From the NCBI GenBank assembly GCA_965204745.1, contig OZ242010.1, positions 4,480,001 through 4,544,000 of the forward strand: DNA of 64,000 bases, in the 5' to 3' direction. The notes under the pieces were generated by a model. The model made no database searches. It was not told the origin of the DNA and was given only the letters and a program-made list of their open reading frames with translations. The DNA is from Candidatus Latescibacterota bacterium (GTDB lineage: Bacteria; Latescibacterota; UBA2968). Shown here piece after piece: positions 9,134 to 18,123 of the stretch; within the stretch, counting starts at the first letter, position 1; the number at the start of each line of letters is the position of its first letter. Made by a program: the position numbers and the translations under genes.

Positions 9134-9217
9134 ATTGCCAAAAAGCGCGGCGCGGATTATTATTTTCAGGACGATTTGTATAAGACATACCGGAATTTTG
9201 TGGCAGGAGCGTCATCC

Positions 9218-9730
9218 ATGGCCTGGCTTTATCAGCGGGGAAAAAAGTGGTGGATCGGGTATTACGATCAAGATGGCAAGCGCGTTCGCAAATCCATCAG
9301 CGATTCCAAAGAGGCCGCGGAATTGGCTATGAAGCGGATCGAATCGGAATTGGAGCGCGACAATGCCAGAGCACTTGCGATTCCCCAAAGCACGCTCGAC
9401 GCCATTGGCAAACAACTGGGCAATGGCAGTCCGGAGCCGCTTTTGACCTACCCGGCTGTGCGAAATGTCACCAATGTCCGGGAGTTGTTCATTCGGATTT
9501 ACGAAAAGCTGGGGTTTGAGGTGCTCAAGTCTCAAGAGGCATTTCCCCACTACGTCCTCTCGCGCGACGAACTGCCCATCCGAGCGCACGCCGTGTTGCG
9601 AAGCAGTGATTTCCAGCGCGAAAAATTGGATTGCACGACCTGCGACAGCATCATCTGCTGGGTTGACGATTGGGAAGCCTCGCCCATCCCGGTTTTGGAA
9701 TTGTCTGCCCACTACGATCTCTGCGGGTAA
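9218..9730 (+). CDS. Hypothetical protein: integrase arm-type DNA-binding domain plus degenerate PD-(D/E)xK-like domain
   Basis: GGAG RBS; MAWLYQRGKKWWIGYYDQDGKRVRKS resembles tyrosine-integrase N-termini; C-terminus LGFEV..FPH..RSSDF..CDSIICWVDDW..PVLELS. Confidence 0.7.
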   Translation: MAWLYQRGKKWWIGYYDQDGKRVRKSISDSKEAAELAMKRIESELERDNARALAIPQSTLDAIGKQLGNGSPEPLLTYPAVRNVTNVRELFIRIYEKLGFEVLKSQEAFPHYVLSRDELPIRAHAVLRSSDFQREKLDCTTCDSIICWVDDWEASPIPVLELSAHYDLCG

Positions 9731-10497
9731 TCCGCACGTTTTGCCGCCTCCCACAGCGCGTCCATTTCCTCGAGGGTGGCTTCCTCCGGCGTTTTGCCCC
9801 GTTTGCCCAATTCGGTTTCGATGTATCGAAAGCGCGTTTGAAATTTTCTGTTCGTCTGCGCGAGGGCATCTTCCGGGCAGATTTGGAGAAATCGCGCGAG
9901 ATTCACCAACGCGAACAGCAAGTCCCCAAATTCCTCCCGAACCCGATCCTCCGCGCCTGCTGCTCGCGCGTGCATCAACTCCTCTGTTTCCTCCCGCACT
10001 TTTTGAATCACCTCCGCAATGTGATCCCACTCAAATCCCACCCGTGCGGCTTTTCTCTGAAGATGGTACGCCCGCAACAGAGCGGGCAGATGGCGCGGCA
10101 GCCCGTCGAGCAGAGACGGTCGTTTGTCCGGGTTTTCCTCGGCTTTGATGCGTTCCCAGTTTTGGAGGACTTGGTCCGGCGTATCCGCTTCTGCGTCCCC
10201 AAACACATGGGGGTGTCGGCGAACGAGTTTGTCGGCTATGGCGCAGGCCACGTCGTCTATGGTAAAGCGGTTTTCTTCCCGGGCAATTTGCGCGTGAAAG
10301 ACGATTTGCAACAACAAATCGCCCAATTCCTCTACGATTTCGGCGTCGTCATTGCGGTCGATGGCGTCGAGAACCTCATAGACTTCTTCGATCAAATAGG
10401 GCTTCAGGCTCTGCGGGGTTTGCGCTTTGTCCCACGGGCAACCCGAAGGCGATCTCAAACGCGCCATGAGATCGACGAGGCGGTCAAAATTGGACAT
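9712..10497 (-). CDS. mazG: Nucleoside triphosphate pyrophosphohydrolase MazG
   Basis: LRSPSGCPWD, EEVYEV, EELGDLLLQIVFHAQIA, RRHPHVFG, second EEFGDLLF domain. Confidence 0.96.
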   Translation of the reverse strand: MSNFDRLVDLMARLRSPSGCPWDKAQTPQSLKPYLIEEVYEVLDAIDRNDDAEIVEELGDLLLQIVFHAQIAREENRFTIDDVACAIADKLVRRHPHVFGDAEADTPDQVLQNWERIKAEENPDKRPSLLDGLPRHLPALLRAYHLQRKAARVGFEWDHIAEVIQKVREETEELMHARAAGAEDRVREEFGDLLFALVNLARFLQICPEDALAQTNRKFQTRFRYIETELGKRGKTPEEATLEEMDALWEAAKRADYPQRS

Positions 10498-10644
10498 GGT
10501 TTTCCTTTCGCAAGAGATGAGGTCATTAAACTAACCGGGAAAACTGCCCGCGTCAACGCTATCGAGCGGGAATTACCTTTTGACAAACAGCATCGGGCGC
10601 GTTATTTTTTTGCCTCAAATCTTTCACTTTGGAGGAGTTTGAAA

Positions 10645-11079
10645 ATGAGTGATTCACTGCGCGATATTATGCGGAAAGTGGGCCGCGATGACGTGCGCGA
10701 GCACGAGCGGGAAAAGTGGACGGAGCGGACAGAAGACCTGTTCAGCACCCAAGAGCGGAACGAACCCAAAGACGAGGTCGAAAAGCGGCACGACAAGTAC
10801 CGCAGACAACAGGAATACGCCAGTCGCTTGGGCCCTGCGGCAGAGCGATTGCCCATTTTGAGCAAGGAAGAAACCGAGCGCAGGGCGCGCGAACGGCCCA
10901 AACGCCGAACCTATCAGTTTGAAGGCCCAATCGAAAAATTGCTGGAAAAATACGGCGATCCCAAAGAGGCGTTCAAGCACATGTCCCTGGGGCAGTTGAT
11001 GAAATACGAGTTGGACGAAAAAACAGGGGCGATTTACGAAAAGGGCGAGTTGATTTACGACGGCGAAAAATGGGTTTGA
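10645..11079 (+). CDS. Hypothetical highly charged protein (144 aa)
   Basis: GGAGGAG RBS, host-like codon usage, divergent from mazG; no family recognised. Confidence 0.7.
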   Translation: MSDSLRDIMRKVGRDDVREHEREKWTERTEDLFSTQERNEPKDEVEKRHDKYRRQQEYASRLGPAAERLPILSKEETERRARERPKRRTYQFEGPIEKLLEKYGDPKEAFKHMSLGQLMKYELDEKTGAIYEKGELIYDGEKWV

Positions 11080-11143
11080 GTATCTCCGCGCCACCCTGCC
11101 GCCCAAGTGCGTGCCCGTCCGCGCCGCCCAACCGTGTCTGAAT

Positions 11144-11180
11144 CGCGGATTAAACGGATTACGCGGATTGCGCGGATTAC
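11144..11180. repeat. Nonamer tandem repeat with CGGATT core, 4 units
   Basis: cgcggatta aacggatta cgcggattg cgcggatta. Confidence 0.8.
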
Positions 11181-11246
11181 CCCACACCACCCTACCGCCG
11201 CTTCATCGTTCCCATCCGCTATGTCCTTTGCACGCCCTGTCGCCAT

Positions 11247-11649
11247 AGACCTATCCCCCCGGCCCCCGTTATTCGCTTCGCTCATTGTAGGCTACGCCTG
11301 TGCCTACGAGGAAAGGGGGAGCGCGTGGCTTTCTTAAAGGGTTGCATCCAGGGCTGTTTTGATGGCTTTGGGCGAATGGATCACGCCATGAAAATCCAAA
11401 AACCCTTACACACAATCCCTCGCACAACCTCTCGCCATTCCCCCTTCCTCGCGGGACCTATCCCCCCGGCCCCCTTTCCTACGAGGAAAGGGGGAGCGCA
11501 TGGCTTTTTGAAGGTTTGTATCCAGGGCTGTTTTGATGGCTTTGGGCGAATGGATCACGCCATGAAACCCAAATCCCCCTCGCACAATCCCTCGGAAAAC
11601 CACTCACAGTTCCCCCTTCCTCGCAGGAAGGGGGTTAGGGGGTAGGTCC
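11247..11649. repeat. Cluster of REP-like CCCCTTCCT...AGGAAGGGG palindromes with an internal ~90-bp direct duplication
   Basis: GACCTATCCCCCGGCCCC..CCTACGAGGAAAGGGGG units; 11310-11395 repeated at 11485-11570 and related to the MITE B interior. Confidence 0.85.
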
Positions 11650-11957
11650 AGGGTTTAGGTCACAATTTCCTTGTCAAGAATGACGTAGTACCTTAATTTG
11701 TCTCCACCATCGTTATTTGGCACCCGCAGGCAAAAGCCATGCCTGCACAACTCGTTATATTTTTTAGGAGGTTTTGTATGTTGACTGCCATTTTTCGACG
11801 TTGTTCAAACCTGTTTGGAGGCCACCGTTCCCCTGCGAAAACAGGCGTTCATGTCGCCCATCCCCGTCTTGGAGTGCCGTTCTATTTCATTGCAAAACAA
11901 TCCGTTAAGATGATCAGTACAGTGTACCCCCCCCCCCCCCCCCGAGAGGAGTCTGAT

Positions 11958-14900
11958 ATGATGTCCCGCTACGCTCATTTGTTGGCCCTGGTCGCGCTGG
12001 TTTTGCTGGTGGCATCGGGGCCGGCTTTTGCCCAAACCGACTACGATACGGACAACGACAACCTGATTGACATCACCTCCTTGGCGCAACTGAATGCCAT
12101 TCGCTATGACCTCAACGGCGATGGGGCCGTAGCCAATACGGATACCATGAACTACAACGCCGCCTTTCCCAACGCCATGTCGAGCATGGGTTGCGCCGCT
12201 ACCTGCACCGGCTACGAACTGATGAGCAACTTAGACTTCGACACGAACGGTGACGATACCATCACTGTCGCCGACGACTACCCCAACTGGGATCCCAATC
12301 GTCAACCCCGGCAACGACAACAGCGGCTACACCGCCATCTTTGAAGGCAACGGTCACACCATCTCCCACCTGACCATTACCGACCGGAACAGCCGGGACG
12401 TAGGGCTGTTCGATGAGCTGGAGCCCACCGGCATTATCCGCAATGTAGGGATCATCGACGCCAATATCCGAAGCGGCGGCGCGTCCGACGGATACGCCCC
12501 CCTGGTAGGCTACAACGCACGCGGCACCATAATCGCCAGCTACGCCCGGGGCGGCTCGGTCACCGCCACCATGCAAAACTCCAGCATCGGCGGACTGACC
12601 GGCCGCAATTCAGGCGTCATCCTGGCCAGCTACTCCACCGTCACGGTCATCGGCGGCGGCCATACCAGGGTCAACGCCGGCGGGCTGACCGGCACCCTGG
12701 AATCCTTCCCCAACACCGGCCGGATCACCGCCAGCTATGCCACCGGCGCGGTGTCCGCCACCGGCTATAACGCCGTCCGCGGCGGTTTGGTGGGAAGTTC
12801 CTCCAGCAACGCCAGCGTAATTGCCAGCAGCTATTGCACCTCCGGGGGCTGTATCGGCTCCAACGTCGGCGGCAGCCTTGACGCCACCACCCAAACCGCC
12901 ACCGCTTTGCAAACCCCCACCGCCTACACCGGCATCTACGCCAACTATAACATCGACCTGAACGGTGATCGCGTCCCCGACAATCCGTGGAACTTCGGCA
13001 CATCCAGCCAGTACCCGACCCTGAAAACCCCCACCCAGCGCGCCGTTGTCATTGACTACGACAACGACAACGACGGTCTGATTGACGTGACTTCCCTGTC
13101 GCAGTTGAACGCCATCCGCTACGACTTGAACGGCGATGGCCTGCCCATCGGCACCAACGCCGACACCATCGCCTATGCCGGTGCCTTTCCCGGCGGCGAC
13201 ATAACCGCCAGTAGTGGCCGGATGGGTTGTCCGTCCACCGGTTGCACCGGCTACGAACTCCTCGCAAGCCTTGATTTCGACAGCGACGGCGACGGCGATG
13301 TGGACGCCAATGACCACGGCGGCGCTTACTGGAACAGCGGCGCTGGCTGGCAACCCATTGGCCCTAGATCCCTCACCCCATACGCAGGCAATTTCAAAGG
13401 CAACGGATACACCATCAACAACCTGTTCATCGACCGCAACGCCAACGATAACCAAAGTCTGTTTGGCGTTGTTGCCTCCAATCGCATAGAAACCCTGGGC
13501 GTAACCAACGCCAATGTTAGCGGAAATGCCTATACCGGCATTCTGGCAGGTATCAATAACACGACAATTGTCGCTTGCTACACCACCGGCAAGGCACAAG
13601 GTAGCGGTAATAACACTGGCGGATTAGTTGGCTATTCCACCGGGACTATCTCCGCTAGCTACTCCACTACATACGTCAGCGGAAACAACAACGTCGGCGG
13701 CCTGGTGGGTTACATGCAGAGCGGTACGATAACAAGCTCCTACTCAACCGGCAGAGTCACCCGGGCTAGCGGATCGGCAACAACCATTGGCGGGTTAATA
13801 GGAAATCTGAACACCGGCACCGTGTCCATCAACTACTGGGACACCTCAACCAGCGGACAGGCCACAAGCGCAGGCGGTAGCGGCGTTGTTGGCAAGACCA
13901 CCAGCGAGCTCCAGAGCCAGACCACCTACGGTGCCACCACCAACGACCCCTACTACAACTGGAACGCCAACCTCGACGGACAAGCCGGCAACGACGATCC
14001 GTGGACCTTTGGCAAGACGGATCAGTATCCGGTCTTGAAGTATGCCGGCATGGATACCACCGTGCAGTATAACTCGCAACCGCCGGGCAAGCCGGATGTG
14101 GCAGTGACGTCCAATGGGGACACTTTGTACGTGCGCTGGACAGCGTCGAGTTATGCGACGGGGTACAAAGTGCAGTGGAAATCCGGCATGCAAAGCTACG
14201 ACGCCTCACGTCAGGCCACCACCACGGCTACGTTCCTCAAGATTCCCTTGACCACGGGGACGACCTACACAGTGCGTGTCCTTGCCACCAAGACCGGTGC
14301 GAGCGATGCACCCTCGGACGAGGTCATGCGCGCTCCAGGCCTCACCAATTACGATACCGATGGCGATGGCCTCATCGCTATCACCACGCTAGCTCAGCTC
14401 AACGCCATTCGCCACGACCTAAACGGCAATGGCGACGCTACCCACGCCGATTATGACGCTGCCTTTCCCGGCCGCGACACCAGCAGCAGTGCCCGCATGG
14501 GCTGCCTCTCGGGATGCACCGGCTACGAACTGCTCAACGACCTGGACTTTGACGAGAACAACGACGGCGCAATCACCTCAGCAGACGCCACCTACTGGAA
14601 CAGCGGCACGGGCTGGGAGCCCATCGGAACCGACGCCGACACAGACGCTCCATACACAAGCCAATACCACGCAGGTTTCAAAGGCAACGGCTACACCATC
14701 AACAACCTATACATCAGCCGCCCCAGCACTAACGACGTCGGGCTGTTCGGCGCAATTTCCTCCCCCGGCCGCATCGAGACCTTGGGCGTAATCAACGCCG
14801 ACGTTACGGCGCAGTATTGGGTCGGCATTCTGGCAGGCACCATTCGCGGCGACGGCGATATTGTCGCCAGTTACACCACCGGCGAGGTTGCCGGCAACCA

Positions 14901-16761
14901 AAATGTTGGTGGATTAGTCGGCTACATGTTAGAAACAGGACCAGGAATCCACTCCAGCTACTCTACCGCATCCGTCAGCGGCAATCTGAACGTCGGCGGT
15001 CTATTGGGCCGCCAGGACAGCGGCGGCTCTATAACAAACTCATACTCCACCGGCAGGATTAGCGGCACCGGAAGCTCTCCCGTCCAAATCGGCGGACTAT
15101 TAGGCCTCGGTAACCTGGGAAGCGTCGTGTCCAACAGCTACTGGGACACCTCCACCAGCGGGACTACCTCTAGCGAAGGCGGCACGGGCAAGACGACCCG
15201 CGAGCTCCTAAGCCCCACCACCTACGGTGCCACCAGTAGCGATCCCTACTATAACTGGAACGCCAACCTCGACGGACAAGCCGGCAACGACGATCCGTGG
15301 ACCTTTGGCGCGATGGATCAGTATCCGGTCTTGAAGTATGCCGGCATGGACACCACCGTGCAATTTCAGCTTCAACCCGCGATAGTGACGTTGGCACTGA
15401 CGCCCTCGTCGATCTCGGAAAGCGGCGGGATGAGTACCGTGACCGCGACGCTGACACGGTCGTGGAGCTCGGCGACGACGATCACGGTGCGTCCTGTGGC
15501 GGGTGCTTACACGGTGGCGGCGGATTCGACGATCACCATCGCGGCCGGGAGCACGGCGAACGCGTCGGACACGGTGGTCATCACAGCGGTGGACAATACC
15601 CAAGACGCGCCTAATCGCGACGTGACCGTGTCCGTTGTATCAGCCAACGCCCAGGGCAGTGTGGTCCTCCCGACTGCAATAACGATCACCGATGATGACG
15701 CGCCGCCGAGGCTCTCGATCAGTTCGCCGAGTGCGGTTGAGGGCACTGCCCTGACGTTCACCGTTAGATTGCATGCGGCGAGCGGCAAGGCGGTGACGGT
15801 GGCGTATGCAGACGCGGGCACGGGCACCGCGACTTCGGGGACGGACTACACCGCGCTTACCGCAGGGACCCTGACCTTCGCGGCGGGCACGACCACGACC
15901 AGCCAGACCATCGCTGTTTCTGTGAGCGACGACGGGGATGATGAGCCGAACGAGACCGTGATCGTGACGCTGAGCAGTGCGACCAATGCGACCATAAGCA
16001 CGGCGCAAGGCACCGGTACGATTATCGATGACGATGGCATGCCTGCGCTGAGTATCAGTTCGCCAAGCGTGATTGAAGGCGCGACCAGCGCGACCCTGAC
16101 CTTTCAGGTGTACCTACGCCCAGCGCACGACATGTTACAAGTGACGGTGGCGTATGCAGACGCGGGCACGGGCACCGCGACTTCGGGGACAGACTACACC
16201 GCGCTTACCGCAGGGACCCTGACCTTCGCGGCGAGCGATACCATCCAGACCATCCCTGTTTCTGTGACCGACGACTCGGATGATGAGCAGAACGAGACCG
16301 TGATCGTGACGCTGAGCAATGCGACCAATGCGACCATAAGCACGGCGCAAGGCACAGGAACGATTATCGATGACGAAACCCCGAGTGCCAACTTGGATGT
16401 GGATGGCGATGGCCGGGTGAGATTGTTCTCGGATATAATCCTGGTCATCCGATATGTCCTCTTCTTCCGGGAAGAGGCCCTCCTCAGAGGGAACGTCATC
16501 GAGCCAACTGCCACGCGCACGACCGCTCAAGAAATTGAACCCTACCTCGACACGTTGGTCAATCAGAACATTCTCGATGTGGATGGCGATGGCGATGTGA
16601 GGCTGTTCTCGGATATAATCCTGATCATTCGATATGTCCTCTTCTTCCGGAACGAGGCCCTCCTCAGAGGGAACGTCATCGAGCAACAGGCTACGCGCAC
16701 GACCGCTCAAGAAATTGAACCCTTCATCCGAAGCCTCTATCCCGCCTCCCACTTCCAATGA
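11958..16761 (+). pseudogene. Large secreted surface protein (GLUG-like repeats, FN3, two Calx-beta, C-terminal tandem domain), frameshifted near 12290
   Basis: Signal peptide MMSRY..PAFA/Q in one frame to 12344, 1500-aa continuation in another; DYDxDxDGLIxITSLxQLNAIRYDLNG repeated three times, VGGLVG repeats, TATSGTDY..GTLTF..EPNET Calx-beta motifs. Confidence 0.75.
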
Positions 16762-16952
16762 AAGCCTGTTCCCTGACCGCCACAGATGGCGATGGCAATG
16801 TGAATTTCGCCGACTTCTTGACCTTTGCCAGCAAGTTCGGATCGCGCCTCGGTCAGGAGCGATATGACCCCCGGTGCGATCTCAACGGCGCTGACGAAAT
16901 TGGATTCGACGATTTCCTCATCTTCGCCGCCGACTTTGGCTCGACAGGCTGA
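16758..16952 (+). CDS. Stand-alone paired EF-hand/dockerin-like module (possibly orphaned C-terminus)
   Basis: DGDGNVNFADFLTFASKFG...YDPRCDLNGADEIGFDDFLIFAADFG. Confidence 0.6.
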   Translation: MKACSLTATDGDGNVNFADFLTFASKFGSRLGQERYDPRCDLNGADEIGFDDFLIFAADFGSTG

Positions 16953-16967
16953 ACGACGAAAAACAAA

Positions 16968-17010
16968 AAAGTAAAGCCCGGGTTCACAGCGAACTCGGGC
17001 TTTACTTCTT
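16968..17010 (+). terminator. Intrinsic terminator
   Basis: AAGTAAAGCCCGGGTTC-acagc-GAACTCGGGCTTTACTT long stem. Confidence 0.7.
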
Positions 17011-17137
17011 GGAATTGGAACCTACCCACTAGCCCCGTTACTCGCTACGCTTCGTTGTAGGCTACGCCTGTGCCTACGAGGAAGATACAAGGGGGAATAA
17101 CATCTCTCCGTTGCGGGGAAGATCCGGAGGAGGGGCA

Positions 17138-17256
17138 TCCATCGTTCGTTTTAAGACAAGTTCAAGGGCGATTCTAGAATGGATGACTCGTTACATGTCT
17201 TTGGATGATGGGTCGCGGCTTGCTTCTTACTCGCTTTCTACTCTTAATTCGCATTG
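17138..17256. repeat. Diverged partial copy of MITE family B
   Basis: Ends in CTCGCTTTCTACTCTTAATTCGCATTG, identical to 40490-40516. Confidence 0.75.
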
Positions 17257-17284
17257 ACAACTGATCACCTTTCCAACTTTCCAC

Positions 17285-17341
17285 TTGACACGAGACCAGC
17301 ATTCGGTTTATGTTGCTATCAGTTGTTTTATGAACAAAACA
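17285..17341 (+). promoter_or_regulatory. Putative sigma70 promoter and palindromic operator of the feo operon
   Basis: TTGACA 17285-17290, TATGTT 17309-17314; inverted repeat TGTTTT-atgaac-AAAACA 17324-17341 upstream of a DtxR-family gene. Confidence 0.55.
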
Positions 17342-17362
17342 TCGGTTTGAAGGGATGGCGTT

Positions 17363-17887
17363 ATGATGGCATCGGACGTTTGGAAGGAGTACGAGAGCAA
17401 TGAGATTTCCCACAGCGTTGCCCATCACTTGGTCGCCATTCACGAACTGATGGGCGATCTGGGCTATGCGCGGGTGTCGGATGTGGCCCGCGTGCTGGAG
17501 ATAACGCGGGGCAGCGCGTCTTTGACGCTCAAAGCTCTCAAGGCGCGCGGTCTGGTTTTGGAAGATCGCAACAAGTTTTTGAAATTGTCCGAAGAAGGGC
17601 ACGGGGTTGTCGATTCCGTTTTGGCAAAACGCACCATTGTCCGCAAATTTCTCAATGAAGTGCTCAAGTTAGACGCGCATCAGGCCGAAGTGGATGCGTG
17701 CAAGGTCGAGCATCTCTTGAGTGCGAAAACCGGCGAGCAGTTGCTGCATTTTGTGCGTTTCTTGCTTTCGGACGATCCCACTGCGCGGCAATTTCTCACG
17801 GAGTTTTGGCGCAAATTGGCGCGAACTGAGGACGGGCAGTGGCCCGTTCAAGATGTCGATCAACTGTTTGAATTGGAGTGTCGGTAA
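17363..17887 (+). CDS. DtxR/MntR-family metal-dependent transcriptional regulator
   Basis: ARVSDVARVLEITRGSASLTLKAL HTH; AEVDACKVEHLLS metal site. Confidence 0.9.
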   Translation: MMASDVWKEYESNEISHSVAHHLVAIHELMGDLGYARVSDVARVLEITRGSASLTLKALKARGLVLEDRNKFLKLSEEGHGVVDSVLAKRTIVRKFLNEVLKLDAHQAEVDACKVEHLLSAKTGEQLLHFVRFLLSDDPTARQFLTEFWRKLARTEDGQWPVQDVDQLFELECR

Positions 17888-18117
17888 TGGAAATCGCAAC
17901 GTCACTTTTGAGATGGCAGCAAGGGGATGAAGGCATTATTGAAGGCATTTCAGAGACGAATCGCCTCGCGGCGCGCTTGCGCGAGTTCGGCGCGATGCCC
18001 GGGATGCCCGTGCGCGTGTTGCGCGTGTGTTGCCCCGTGGTCATTCAGGTGGGGGCCAGCAGATTTTGCTTGCGAAAAGCCGATGCCGCGTGCATCAAGG
18101 CAAAAAAAGCGGCCTGA
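17887..18117 (+). CDS. feoA: Ferrous iron transport protein A
   Basis: RLREFGAMPGMPVRVLR..PVVIQVGASRFCLRK; directly upstream of feoB. Confidence 0.85.
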   Translation: MEIATSLLRWQQGDEGIIEGISETNRLAARLREFGAMPGMPVRVLRVCCPVVIQVGASRFCLRKADAACIKAKKAA

Positions 18118-18123
18118 TTGCTT

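Noticed and set aside
9218-9730. Prophage integrase or att site
   Set aside because: No tyrosine-recombinase catalytic domain, tRNA target or phage genes nearby
9712-10497. mazG as an anti-phage or mazEF-linked module
   Set aside because: Ordinary tandem-domain housekeeping MazG with no mazEF or defence genes adjacent
9670-10644. 469-aa plus-strand ORF from 9670
   Set aside because: Its 5' part is the antisense shadow of mazG; only 10645-11079 has an RBS and a plausible product
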